DNA of 64,000 nucleotides. It comes from Bacillota bacterium. Lineage in GTDB: Bacteria > Bacillota > Sulfobacillia > JAJZYS01 > JAJYTV01. The stretch is taken from assembly GCA_021799275.1 (NCBI GenBank), contig JAJZAT010000002.1:1293-65292 (forward strand), in the 5' to 3' direction. Under the pieces are notes generated by a model. That model was not told the DNA's origin. It did not search any database and saw nothing but the letters and a program-made list of their open reading frames with translations. The position numbers were made by a program, and so were the translations under genes. Every line of letters starts with the position of its first letter. The first letter of the stretch is position 1. This document shows, one piece after another, positions 55,136-64,000 of this stretch.

Positions 55136-55920
55136 CTACTTCGCGCCGCTCCGCGCGGCACTCCCTCCCCCTGTCTCAAGCCAGGTGCAGGCTCGCCCCG
55201 CTCCATCCGCGGCGCGGCCTCCCGCACTGCGGTCCGCAGAGCCTCCTCGTCGGAGGCCGTAAGCCGGCGCATGCCCCCGGGCGGCAGGTCGCCGAGGGTC
55301 AAGGGACCGATCGCGACGCGCACGAGCCGCAGCGTGCGGCGCCCTAAAGCCGCCAGGGCGCGGCGTACGACGCGCTTGCGCCCTTCGGCGATGACGAGCT
55401 CGACGCGCCCCTCTCCCCCGGTGGCGCCCGGCAGCCGGCGTGCGGCAAGACAATGCAGGACGCCGTCCGGAAGCCCCACGCCTGTGAGGAGGCCCTCGAT
55501 CAGCCTGTCGTCCGCGGGGCCGTCGAGCGTTGCGACGTAGGTCTTCGGCACGTGGTAGCGGGGATGCATCAGCTGGTTCGCGAGTTCCCCGTCATTCGTC
55601 AGGATCAGCAGACCCTCGGAATCCCGGTCAAGCCTGCCCACCGGAAACAGGCGCCAGGGCAGGTTCTCCACGTAAAGGCGGACGCTCGGCCGCCCCTGCG
55701 GGTCGTCGAGCGTCGTGACAACGCCGGCAGGCTTATTCAAGAGATAGGAAACCTTCTCCTGCCCCGACCCGAGGGGGCGTCCGTCCACGGCGATCACGTC
55801 GACCCCGGCCACCGCCTTCTGCCCAAGGGCGGCCGGGACGCCGTTCACGGAGACGCGTCCCAGGCGGATCAGGTCTTCCGCGTGCCGACGCGAACAGACG
55901 CCGGCCTCCGCCAGAAGCAC
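55132..55920 (-). CDS. rluB: RsuA/RluB-family 23S rRNA pseudouridine synthase
   Basis: S4 domain (LLAEAGVCSRR), catalytic Asp block PVGRLDRDSEGLLILTNDG. Confidence 0.85.
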   Translation of the reverse strand: MLLAEAGVCSRRHAEDLIRLGRVSVNGVPAALGQKAVAGVDVIAVDGRPLGSGQEKVSYLLNKPAGVVTTLDDPQGRPSVRLYVENLPWRLFPVGRLDRDSEGLLILTNDGELANQLMHPRYHVPKTYVATLDGPADDRLIEGLLTGVGLPDGVLHCLAARRLPGATGGEGRVELVIAEGRKRVVRRALAALGRRTLRLVRVAIGPLTLGDLPPGGMRRLTASDEEALRTAVREAAPRMERGEPAPGLRQGEGVPRGAARSS

Positions 55921-55937
55921 CTGCAGGCGCCGCGCGC

Positions 55938-56402
55938 CTAGTCCTTCAATCGCACCCAGACCTCCACTTCGACGGGGGCTCCGAGGGGCAACTCCGCGAC
56001 CCCCACGGCGCTGCGCGTGTGCTTGCCCTGGTCGCCGAACGCGGTGCCCAGGAGCTCGGAGGCGCCGTTGGCCACCTGGGGCTGTGCCGTGAATCCGGGA
56101 GCGCTCGCGACGAAGACGGTGACCCGCAGGACCTGCGCCACACGGTCGAGGTCGCCCGCCACGGAGCGGATCGCACCGAGGACATTGAGCGCGCAGCGGC
56201 GTGCCGCGGCCTGGCCCTGCTCGACATCGAGCTCCGCGCCCAGGTGTCCCGTGTACTCGAGCTTGCCCTGCGCGAGCGGCAACTGTCCGCTCGTGAAGAC
56301 ATCCTTGCCATCGCGGAGAGCCGGCACGTAGGCCGCCAAGGGCTTCGCGACCTCCGGCACCTCCAGGCCCGCCGCCTGCAGTCTTTCCTCTACCTTACCC
56401 AT
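55938..56402 (-). CDS. RidA/YjgF-family protein
   Basis: 154-aa from MGKVEERL. Fits the Rid family size and pattern. The track ORF is extended. Confidence 0.6.
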   Translation of the reverse strand: MGKVEERLQAAGLEVPEVAKPLAAYVPALRDGKDVFTSGQLPLAQGKLEYTGHLGAELDVEQGQAAARRCALNVLGAIRSVAGDLDRVAQVLRVTVFVASAPGFTAQPQVANGASELLGTAFGDQGKHTRSAVGVAELPLGAPVEVEVWVRLKD

Positions 56403-56507
56403 ACGTAGACGGCCACTGAGGCCTTCCGCCCCTTTCGGATCGGCTTCCTCTGGCATGATCCCCACTTGGGCCCACGCGTGTCAAGGCAAGCGGGTCCCAG
56501 ACGCTCC

Positions 56508-58688
56508 CTAACCGCGGGCCTCCGGCGGGAACATCCGCTCGTAGTCGAACTGGCTCAGGCGTACCTCGCGCGGCCGCGAGCCGTCCGGGGGTCCCACGAT
56601 CCCCCTCTGCTCCATCTGCTCGATCAGGCGCCGGGCACGGCTGTAGCCCACGCGCATCCTGCTCTGCAGCAGCGAGGCGGACGCGCTCTTGGCCTGCACC
56701 ACCACCTCGACCGCCTTGGCGAAGAGGGCGTCGACCTCCGGTTCCTGCTCGTCGTCGTCCTCGATCGGCGCCTCGAGGTCCTCACGGTACTCGGGCTCCT
56801 CTTGGCGCACGAACTCGAGCAGGCTCTGCATCTCCTGCTCGGAGACGTAGGCTCCCTGCGTGCGCAGAGGTTTGGCGAGGCCCAGCGGCGCGAACAGCAT
56901 GTCGCCCTTGCCGAGGAGGCGCTCGGCGCCTCCCTGGTCCAGGATGGTGCGCGAGTCCACCTGACTCGACACGGCGAACGCGACGCGCGACGGGATGTTG
57001 GCCTTGATGAGGCCGGTGATGACGTCCACCGTCGGCCGCTGGGTCGCCACGACGAGGTGGATGCCCGCGGCGCGGGCCATCTGCGCCAGGCGAGCGATCG
57101 TCTCCTCCACCTCGTTGGGCGCCACCATCATGAGGTCGGCGAGCTCGTCGATGACCACCACGTAGTAGGGCATGCGCTCTTCCGCGACTTCGTTGTAGCG
57201 CTGGATGTCGCGGCAGCCCGCCCTGGCGAACTGGAGGTAGCGCTCCTCCATCTCGCGCAGCACCCCGCGCAGCACGCCCGCGGCGCGCTTGGGGTCGGTC
57301 ACCACCGGGTAGAGGAGGTGCGGTATGCCGTCGAACTGCTGCAGCTCCACCACCTTGGGATCGATCAGGATGAGTCGTACCTCGGTCGGCGAAGCCCGGA
57401 AGAGCAGGCTCGCGATCAGCACGTTGAGGCAGACGCTCTTGCCGGAACCGGTCGCGCCGGCGATCAGGAGGTGCGGCATGCGGTCGAGCTCCGCGACGAC
57501 CGGGTTGCCTGCGATGTCCTTGCCGAACCCGACCGTCAGAAGCGAGTTCGAGGCGCGGAACGCGGGGGTCTCCAGGACCTCCCGCAGGCGAACGGGTGCG
57601 ATCTCGCTGTTGGGGACCTCGATGCCGATCGCCGCCTTGCCAGGGATCGGCGCCTCCATGCGCACATCGGTCGTCGCCATCGCGAGGGCGATGTCGTCGG
57701 CGAGCGCTACGATGCGCGAAACCTTCACGCCCGGCCCCGGCTGGACCTCGAACCTCGTCACCGCCGGTCCTTGCTGGTATTCGAGCACCCGCGCCTGGAC
57801 GCCGAAACTGCGGAGCGTCTCCTCGAGCAGGTGCGCGCGCGCCGGCGCGTCACGCTCGGTGTGCTTGCCGGAGCCCGCGTGAAGGAGGCTGAGCGGCGGC
57901 AGCCGGTACTCGCCGGCAGCGGGTCGCACGGTGCTGTCGAAAAGCGGCGGGGTCTCGGCCTGGGCACGGGCGGGGTGCCGCTCAGGCTGGGGCACGGGCG
58001 CCGGTTCGGGCACAGGGTCGTCCCACGGGGCGGGCGCAAGGCCGTGCGCCGGCGGAGGCTCGGGCTCGGGCACGACGGCCGGGGCCAGCGCTGTGGCGAT
58101 TGGAGGTGCGGGCGGGGCGGCCGCGGCCGTCTCCGCGGGCACGTCTTCGAGTACGAAGTCGGTCACCTTGCGGTAGGCCGTCTTGGCACCCTGCTTCGCG
58201 ACCTGCTCGGAACCGCGCATCAGCTGTCCGAGGAACGGCCGGAAGACCACACTGAGCGTGAGAATAGGCCAAAGGCCGAGGAGAATGTCGCGCCCGTCGG
58301 AGCCGAGCAGGGCGTCGGCGCCGAGCACCATGTATCGCCCGACCGCGTCCGAGCCGGGGCCTGTCCAACCGGCGGCCGCGATCAGCATGGTCCACCAGAG
58401 CAGAAGAACCGCTGTGCCCCAGCGCAAAGCGGGACGCAGGTCGCTGCCCCGGACCATCAGCACGCCCAGCAGCAGCAGCAGGAGCAGCCAAGGCAGGGCC
58501 GCGCCGCCGACAGCGAAGCTGGCGGCCCTCTCCCAGAGGACGCCGAGCGCACCCGCCGGATGGGCGTCCCAGACGAGACCGAACAAGGCCGCCGCGAGCA
58601 GCAGCAGCCCCCAGAGCTCCCGCCGCCGGCGTCCGCTGGTCGCCGTTGCCCGCTTGCCTCGGGACTTCGCCTGCGTCGCCCGCTTCAC
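56508..58688 (-). CDS. ftsK: DNA translocase FtsK/SpoIIIE family
   Basis: N-terminal 4 TM helices, Pro/Ala-rich linker, motor domain with Walker A IAGATGSGKSVCLN and Walker B VVVIDELAD, C-terminal gamma wHTH. GTG at 58688 overlaps the uppP stop as GTGA. The track ORF runs on to 59450 through noise. Confidence 0.85.
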   Translation of the reverse strand: MKRATQAKSRGKRATATSGRRRRELWGLLLLAAALFGLVWDAHPAGALGVLWERAASFAVGGAALPWLLLLLLLGVLMVRGSDLRPALRWGTAVLLLWWTMLIAAAGWTGPGSDAVGRYMVLGADALLGSDGRDILLGLWPILTLSVVFRPFLGQLMRGSEQVAKQGAKTAYRKVTDFVLEDVPAETAAAAPPAPPIATALAPAVVPEPEPPPAHGLAPAPWDDPVPEPAPVPQPERHPARAQAETPPLFDSTVRPAAGEYRLPPLSLLHAGSGKHTERDAPARAHLLEETLRSFGVQARVLEYQQGPAVTRFEVQPGPGVKVSRIVALADDIALAMATTDVRMEAPIPGKAAIGIEVPNSEIAPVRLREVLETPAFRASNSLLTVGFGKDIAGNPVVAELDRMPHLLIAGATGSGKSVCLNVLIASLLFRASPTEVRLILIDPKVVELQQFDGIPHLLYPVVTDPKRAAGVLRGVLREMEERYLQFARAGCRDIQRYNEVAEERMPYYVVVIDELADLMMVAPNEVEETIARLAQMARAAGIHLVVATQRPTVDVITGLIKANIPSRVAFAVSSQVDSRTILDQGGAERLLGKGDMLFAPLGLAKPLRTQGAYVSEQEMQSLLEFVRQEEPEYREDLEAPIEDDDEQEPEVDALFAKAVEVVVQAKSASASLLQSRMRVGYSRARRLIEQMEQRGIVGPPDGSRPREVRLSQFDYERMFPPEARG

Positions 58689-59476
58689 CCGAGCCAAAGG
58701 CCCACCCCCGCCAATGCCAGCGTGTAGATCGCGAACCAGGAGACGCGGCCCCTGCGCAGAAGGCCGATCAACCAGCGCAGGCTCAGGATGCCGACCAAGG
58801 CGGCCGCAGCTGTGGCGGCGAGCATCTCGGGCCACGGCGCTCCGCCGAGACCGCCGCGATAGAGTTCGCGCGCGAGCGCGGCGAGCACGGTCGGAATCGA
58901 AAGCAGGAAGGTGAATTCGGCGGCCGCCTCGGGGGAAACCCCTAGGAGGCGCGCCGTCGCGATGGTCGTGCCGGATCGGCTGAGCCCGGGCCAGACGGCC
59001 ACCCCCTGCGCGGCGCCGATCAAGAGGCCGTCGATCGGTGCGGGCAGCGGCCGGCCGCCGAGCGGCAGGCGCGCCAGCACAAGAAGCAGAAGACTGGTGC
59101 CGAGGAAGCCGACGGCGACGAGCCAGGGCTCGCCGAAGGCGGCTTCCGCCGGGCCCGAGAGCAGCAAGGCGAAGGGCAGCGTCGCCAGCAGGGCCCAGAC
59201 GAACGTCGAAATCCTGCGACCACGCTCGGGCGCAGGTTGCGCGACGACATCGGCAATCGCCCGGCGATAGAACCACAGCACCGCGACGAGGGTGCCGACG
59301 TGCGTGGCGACCGCGAGCCCTATACCGCCCGACTCGAGGTGCAGCAGGTGCGCCGCGAGGGCGAGGTGACCAGAACTCGATACCGGGAGGAACTCCGTCA
59401 GGCCCTGGAGGACACCGTAGAGGACGGCGGCCGCTAGACCCACGTCGCATTCCTCCCGAGAGGCCTGGATCGGCAC
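58685..59476 (-). CDS. uppP: Undecaprenyl-diphosphatase
   Basis: LQGLTEFLPVSSSGHL, PGLSRSGTTI. Confidence 0.85.
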   Translation of the reverse strand: MPIQASREECDVGLAAAVLYGVLQGLTEFLPVSSSGHLALAAHLLHLESGGIGLAVATHVGTLVAVLWFYRRAIADVVAQPAPERGRRISTFVWALLATLPFALLLSGPAEAAFGEPWLVAVGFLGTSLLLLVLARLPLGGRPLPAPIDGLLIGAAQGVAVWPGLSRSGTTIATARLLGVSPEAAAEFTFLLSIPTVLAALARELYRGGLGGAPWPEMLAATAAAALVGILSLRWLIGLLRRGRVSWFAIYTLALAGVGLWLG

Positions 59477-59545
59477 AGATTATAGCATAGGCAGGCCCTG
59501 CAGAACCGGTAGCATCTGGTATCGGAAAGGTGGGGGTGAAACCCT

Positions 59546-61579
59546 GTGAACCGTCTCGCGGAGAGTCTCAGCCCGTATCTCCTCGCGCACCGGGAGGACC
59601 CGGTCGACTGGCAGCCCTGGGACGAGGCGGCGCTCGCACTCGCCCGGCGCGAGGACCGCCCCATCCTGCTCAGCATCGGCTACGCCTCGTGCCACTGGTG
59701 CCACGTCATGCAACACGAGTCCTTCCAGGACGAGACGATCGCCCGGCGGATCAACGAGGGCTTCGTAGCGATCAAGGTGGATCGCGAGGAGCTCCCGGAC
59801 GTCGACCAGGTCTACCAGAGCGTCTGCCAGGTGGTGACGGGACAGGGCGGCTGGCCGCTCACCGTCTTCCTGACGCCCGACCTGCGCCCATTCCTGATCG
59901 GGACCTATTACCCGCCGACGAGGCGGTACGGGCGACCGGGTTTCGCGGAGGTGCTCGCCTCGGTGCTGGACGCCTACCGGACGCGTCGGGACGAGGTGGA
60001 GCAGGTGGCCGGGAACTGGGCCGGCGCTGCGCGGGTGGTCCTCCCTCCCCCCTCCCGGCCGGTCTCCGAGGAGCCGGATGAGGCCATTCGGAACGCCGTG
60101 GCGAGCGTTCTCGCGTCCTACGATGGGCAGCGCGGCGGCTTCGGCGGAGCGCCGAAGTTCCCGCAAGGGCCGAACCTCGCGCTGCTCCTGCGCGCCAGGC
60201 AGCTCCTGCACGACGCCCGGGCGGACGACGCCTTGCGCACAACGCTGCGGGCCATGATGCGCGGCGGCGTCCATGATCAGATCGCCGGCGGCTTCCACCG
60301 CTACGCGGTCGACGCGGCATGGCAGGTGCCGCACTTCGAGAAGATGCTCGAGGATCAGGCCCTGCTCGCGCCGCTCTACACTGAGTTCTGGCTGGCCACG
60401 GGCGAGACCTGGGCCCGCGAGGTGGCCGAAACGACCCTGCGGTATGTGGACGCGACCCTCTCGTCGCCTGAAGGCGGCTTCTACATCTCGCAGGATGCCG
60501 ACAGTCCGGGCGGCGAGGGCGCCTACTACCGGTTCTCCCTGCACGACCTCGACCGGCTGCTCGGAGCCGACGCGCATGCCGCCGTCCTCCACTTCGGCCT
60601 CGATGATCCTGGCGTGGCCGAGGAAGGCGTGCTGCAGCTCAGGCGGGACGTCGACCAGGTGGCAACGGCCTTGGGAGAGCAGCCGGAGGTCGTCCGGGAG
60701 CGTCTGGGGCGCTCTCACGCCGCCCTCGCCGAGGCGCGACGAGGCCGGCCCGCGCCGGGTGTGGACCGCAAGGTGCTCGCCGGCGCGACAGGACTCGCGA
60801 TCTCCGCGTTTGCCCGCCTGGGCAGCGCCGAGGGCCGGGAGCGCTGGCTGCTGCGGGCCCGCCGGGCCGCTTCGTTCGCCCTCGAGCGGCTCCGCCGGGA
60901 TGACGGCAGCTTGAGCCGCCGCTTCTACGAGGGGCGCGCCGGGATCCCGGGCTACCTCGAAGACTATGCGGGCCTCGCGCAGGGACTTCTCGACCTCTAT
61001 CTCGCGGGGGGGGACCTCGGATGGCTGGATGCGGCGCTTCGCCTCTGTCGCAAGGCCATCGAGCTGTTCTGGGACAGGGAGTCCGGGGTGCTCTACAGCG
61101 CGCCGCTGGACGCCAAGACGCCGCTCGCCCGCCCCGTGGACGGGTTCGACGGAGCGAAGCCCGCGGCGCAGAGTCGAATGTTGCGGCTGGCCAGCCTGCT
61201 GTCGAGCTTCGACGAGGATCTGCCGGCCGCAGAGCTGGCCGAGTCGGTCTTGAGGACGCAGCAGGCCCTCTGGTCCGACCATCCCGCGGCGAGCCCTTCG
61301 CTCGTCGAAGCCCGCGACGTCTATCTCCGCGGCCCTCGCGAGGTGACCATCGCGGCGGCGCCGGGTGACCCGCAAGCCGCGCACTGGATGCAGGAGCTGC
61401 GCCGCCTGGCGCTCCCGGACCTCCTGCCGACGTGGATCCATCCAGGGCGCGACTTCGCCCTTTGGCGAGGCAAGCGGGTACTTGACGGCCAGGCGACCGT
61501 CTACGCCTGCCGGCTTGGCGCCTGCAGCGCCCCGCTGCACGACCTGCCCTCGGCGCTCGAATTTCTCGGCCAAAGCTAG
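59546..61579 (+). CDS. yyaL: Thioredoxin-domain protein YyaL (DUF255 plus six-hairpin glycosidase-like domain)
   Basis: [31 protein letters not shown] start. Confidence 0.85.
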   Translation: MNRLAESLSPYLLAHREDPVDWQPWDEAALALARREDRPILLSIGYASCHWCHVMQHESFQDETIARRINEGFVAIKVDREELPDVDQVYQSVCQVVTGQGGWPLTVFLTPDLRPFLIGTYYPPTRRYGRPGFAEVLASVLDAYRTRRDEVEQVAGNWAGAARVVLPPPSRPVSEEPDEAIRNAVASVLASYDGQRGGFGGAPKFPQGPNLALLLRARQLLHDARADDALRTTLRAMMRGGVHDQIAGGFHRYAVDAAWQVPHFEKMLEDQALLAPLYTEFWLATGETWAREVAETTLRYVDATLSSPEGGFYISQDADSPGGEGAYYRFSLHDLDRLLGADAHAAVLHFGLDDPGVAEEGVLQLRRDVDQVATALGEQPEVVRERLGRSHAALAEARRGRPAPGVDRKVLAGATGLAISAFARLGSAEGRERWLLRARRAASFALERLRRDDGSLSRRFYEGRAGIPGYLEDYAGLAQGLLDLYLAGGDLGWLDAALRLCRKAIELFWDRESGVLYSAPLDAKTPLARPVDGFDGAKPAAQSRMLRLASLLSSFDEDLPAAELAESVLRTQQALWSDHPAASPSLVEARDVYLRGPREVTIAAAPGDPQAAHWMQELRRLALPDLLPTWIHPGRDFALWRGKRVLDGQATVYACRLGACSAPLHDLPSALEFLGQS

Positions 61580-61593
61580 CGGTGTCGTTCGCC

Positions 61594-62184
61594 TCAGCGC
61601 AAAGCCGTCGCCACCGCGGCCAGCAGCAGCCAAAGGTTCACGTCGGCGAGGAAGAGGCGCTCCATGAGGCCGAAGATGCGCCTGAGGCGCAAGCCCGGCA
61701 CCAGCGTCAGAACCATGAGCACGACCAATGGGAACGCGAGGGACGCGAGGACGTCCAGGAGGCGCAAGGCCGCCAGCGGCGACGCCTTGGACAAGGTGGT
61801 CAGGGCGAAGACCGCCGCCACGAAGCTCAGGATGGCGAGGAGCGCGTGCAACAGGCCGACCGCGGTCGCTTTGGTGCCAGACTCGTCGGTCAGGACGAAG
61901 ACCATGCCGAGTCGGCTGAGCGCGAGAATGGCCAGCCAGACGAGGCCCGCCTGAGCGGCAGGCTGCGCTAAGGCGCTCCGCAGCGCGAGGAGCAGGCCCA
62001 CCGTCCCGACCACGTTGACGGCAGTCATGATGCGGGCCAGGCCAGCGAACCTGCCGCGCGAGTAGTCGCTCACCGTGTGGTAGAGAGGATGGCGGTCGGT
62101 CGGGAGAACGTGCAGCGCGATCATGCCGGCGAAGTAGACGAGGAATGCGAGCGCGGCGAGCCATGCCACCGACTGCAACACCAT
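61594..62184 (-). CDS. DUF998-family membrane protein
   Basis: 196-aa, 6 predicted TM helices. Confidence 0.5.
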   Translation of the reverse strand: MVLQSVAWLAALAFLVYFAGMIALHVLPTDRHPLYHTVSDYSRGRFAGLARIMTAVNVVGTVGLLLALRSALAQPAAQAGLVWLAILALSRLGMVFVLTDESGTKATAVGLLHALLAILSFVAAVFALTTLSKASPLAALRLLDVLASLAFPLVVLMVLTLVPGLRLRRIFGLMERLFLADVNLWLLLAAVATALR

Positions 62185-62423
62185 GGCTCCTCCCTCGAAC
62201 GAGGCGAATGCGGCCGGTCCAGGGACGGCGCCAGATTTCTCGACGAGCGGACGGAGTCCTGCCGCATCGGGTCGGCCGCATGCTGATCACGCTGCGGGCA
62301 CTGGCCGCTTCCTCCGCTCGAAACGGCGGGGTGCGCACGGTGGTAGGAGCCGCCAGGGTTCAAGTCGAAGATTCAGCTATATCCTTGTGCCCATGTCCTG
62401 GGGCGCAGACGGAGGTTTGCACA

Positions 62424-63197
62424 TTGGGTCTGCTTTCCGGCAAGCGCGCCCTCGTCGTCGGGGTCGCCAACAAGCGCTCGATCGCCTGGGGTATCGCCCG
62501 CACCCTCGCCGACGAAGGCGCGGAACTCGCCCTCACGTATCAGCACGACCGCTTCCGCGAGAATCTCGAGAAACTCGTCCCCGAACTGCCCCAAGGCGCG
62601 ATCACGTTGCCGCTCGACGTCGCCGACGACGCCTCCCTCGATGCGCTGCGCGAGAGCCTGACCTCCCAATGGGGCAAGGTGGACATCGTCATCCACTCGG
62701 TCGCCTTCGCCCGCACCGAGGACCTCCAGTCGCGCTTCGTCGACCTGCCGCGCGAAGGCTACGCCCTGTCGCAGGACGTGAGCGCCTACTCGCTCGTCGC
62801 GCTGACGCGGGCCGTTCTGCCGCTGCTGCAGGCCGCGGGTGGCGGGTCCGTGCTCACGATGACCTACCTGGGCGGTGAGCGGGTGATGCCGAGCTACAAC
62901 GTCATGGGTGTCGCCAAGGCCGCGCTCGAGTCCGCCATGCGCTACCTCGCGTGGGACTGCGGTGGGGACAACATCCGTGTCAACGCCATCTCGGCGGGAC
63001 CTTTGCGCACGCTGGCCTCGTCGGCCGTCAAGGCCGCCGCGGTATTGCGTGACGTTCCTGAGCGCACACCCTTGAAGCGCAACATCGCATTGGAGGACGT
63101 CGGGCACGCCGCGGCGTTCCTCTGCTCCGACTGGGCGCAGAACATTACGGGACAGGTGCTCTTCGTTGACGCCGGGTTCCATATCATGGGCATGTAG
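62424..63197 (+). CDS. fabI: Enoyl-[acyl-carrier-protein] reductase (NADH), FabI
   Basis: LSGKRALVVGVANKRSIAWGIA, SYNVMGVAKAALE (Y-x6-K). TTG start at 62424 with SD GGAGG 8 nt upstream. The track ORF is extended. Confidence 0.85.
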   Translation: MGLLSGKRALVVGVANKRSIAWGIARTLADEGAELALTYQHDRFRENLEKLVPELPQGAITLPLDVADDASLDALRESLTSQWGKVDIVIHSVAFARTEDLQSRFVDLPREGYALSQDVSAYSLVALTRAVLPLLQAAGGGSVLTMTYLGGERVMPSYNVMGVAKAALESAMRYLAWDCGGDNIRVNAISAGPLRTLASSAVKAAAVLRDVPERTPLKRNIALEDVGHAAAFLCSDWAQNITGQVLFVDAGFHIMGM

Positions 63198-63265
63198 CCT
63201 GGGACACCGACCCTGTCCGATCCCCGAACTCAACTGGGCCGGGCTGCATGGGAGGCTGATGGCGC

Positions 63266-64000
63266 TTGCATCTCAATGCGCGTCGCGGCACGCCAAGGCT
63301 GCTCGGCCTTCTGCTTGCCATCCTGACCGTGGCGGCCTGCGGAACCACGGCCCAGGGCGCGTCTCCTGCGGGCGTGAAGCCCCAGACTTCCCGCCCGACC
63401 CGGGCGAGCGGGACGCCGAAGACGCGCAGTGCGTCGCGCAGGCAGCAAAAAGCGTTGCCGCCTCTCCCCCGGCCCACCCCCGCGCACCCGATCACGATTC
63501 TCGTCGTCGGCGACTCGCTCGGGGAGGACCTCGGCATCGGGATGCAGGCCCTGATCGGCCGGCAGCCCGACGTGCGGCTCTACTCCGATGCCGTTGGGTC
63601 CACCGGCCTCGTCAACACCGCCTACTACGACTGGCAGGCGGTCCTGGCGAAGGAACTGCAACGCGACCGACCGGAAGTCGTCCTTGCGCTGTTCGGCGGG
63701 AACGACGCCCTCAGTTTCGACCAGGCGGGACGCTATGTTGCCTTTGGCAGCGCGCTCTGGCGCGCCGACTATGGCGGCCGCGTCGCCGCGATCATGCGCG
63801 CATCCCGTCAGGCGGGGGCGCGGGTCCTCTGGGTCGGGCTGCCTGTGATGGGACCTTCCTCGGTGCTGAAAAACCGATCCATGCAGGACCTGAATTCCGT
63901 CTACCAGGCGCAGGCGGCCGCGTACCGCGGGGTCGCGTTCCTCTCCACCTGGAAACTCTTCGCGACGCCTGCGGGGCAGTACACGGCGGACCTCACGGAT
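63266..64000 (+). CDS. SGNH/GDSL-hydrolase-family lipoprotein, 3' partial (runs off window end)
   Basis: Not in the ORF track because there is no stop within the window. TTG start after an in-frame TGA. Lipoprotein signal MHLNARRGTPRLLGLLLAILTVAAC with lipobox LTVAAC. ILVVGDSLGEDLG (GDSL Ser block) and LFGGNDA block. Confidence 0.7.
   Translation, partial: MHLNARRGTPRLLGLLLAILTVAACGTTAQGASPAGVKPQTSRPTRASGTPKTRSASRRQQKALPPLPRPTPAHPITILVVGDSLGEDLGIGMQALIGRQPDVRLYSDAVGSTGLVNTAYYDWQAVLAKELQRDRPEVVLALFGGNDALSFDQAGRYVAFGSALWRADYGGRVAAIMRASRQAGARVLWVGLPVMGPSSVLKNRSMQDLNSVYQAQAAAYRGVAFLSTWKLFATPAGQYTADLTD

Noticed and set aside
56466-58727. 753-aa plus-strand ORF
   Set aside because: Antisense of ftsK.
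59480-62338. 952-aa minus-strand ORF
   Set aside because: Antisense to yyaL and in another frame of the DUF998 gene. Low-complexity Arg/Gly-rich.
62185-62423. FapR-type operator or clear sigma-A promoter upstream of fabI
   Set aside because: Only a weak TTCAAG/TATATC pair with 13-nt spacing, and no palindromic FapR-like box.
1-64000. CRISPR arrays, IS elements, integrases, prophage genes, known defence systems
   Set aside because: No regularly spaced direct repeats, no transposase, recombinase or phage structural gene signatures, and no lower-GC islands were seen. The window appears to be conserved core chromosome.

Overview
This 64 kb window is about 70% GC and looks like core chromosome of an endospore-forming, Firmicutes-type bacterium. 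The organism call rests on an alpha/beta-type SASP, SpoIVA, a YIEGIA-family (SeaA-like) protein and a Bacillus-like rpsA-der-gpsA-spoIVA neighbourhood; the lineage is probably Symbiobacterium-, Thermaerobacter- or Limnochorda-like, which is inference only. Genes are tightly packed, mostly on the minus strand, and many overlap by 1-14 nt.

Content, in order along the window:
- a partial DUF4011-type SF1 helicase with a DUF559 nuclease tail, next to an ATP-grasp-like enzyme
- aldehyde dehydrogenase, a SASP and a secreted Q-rich repeat protein
- a three-gene molybdoenzyme locus: LysR regulator, a fused 4Fe-4S/NrfD anchor, and a 959-aa catalytic subunit with no Tat signal
- GNAT, YcaQ-like, YbaK, DinG and ComB-like genes, and an MreB-like gene
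- a 14-gene co-directional supercluster: pntAA-pntAB-pntB, a gltD-like gene, a four-subunit 2-oxoacid:ferredoxin oxidoreductase, aminotransferase and SRPBCC genes, then a promoter, then speH-ndk-mtnP-ahcY-mtaD
- rpiA, tRNA-Pro(GGG) and the spoIVA-gpsA-plsY-der-YIEGIA-rpsA-plsC-cmk block
- DedA, a split ThrE exporter coupled to gabT, and three tandem M42 peptidase genes, one of which has lost all metal ligands
- a class V aminotransferase, pncB/pncA, GntR-TrkA_C, rluB, ridA, ftsK/spoIIIE-like, uppP, yyaL, fabI and a partial SGNH lipoprotein gene

I found no CRISPR array, transposase, integrase or obvious prophage or defence island. Nothing here is a clear-cut new system. The most interesting candidates are the cytoplasm-facing molybdoenzyme complex, the M42 operon with a dead paralog, the DinG start anomaly and the helicase-nuclease/ATP-grasp pair.
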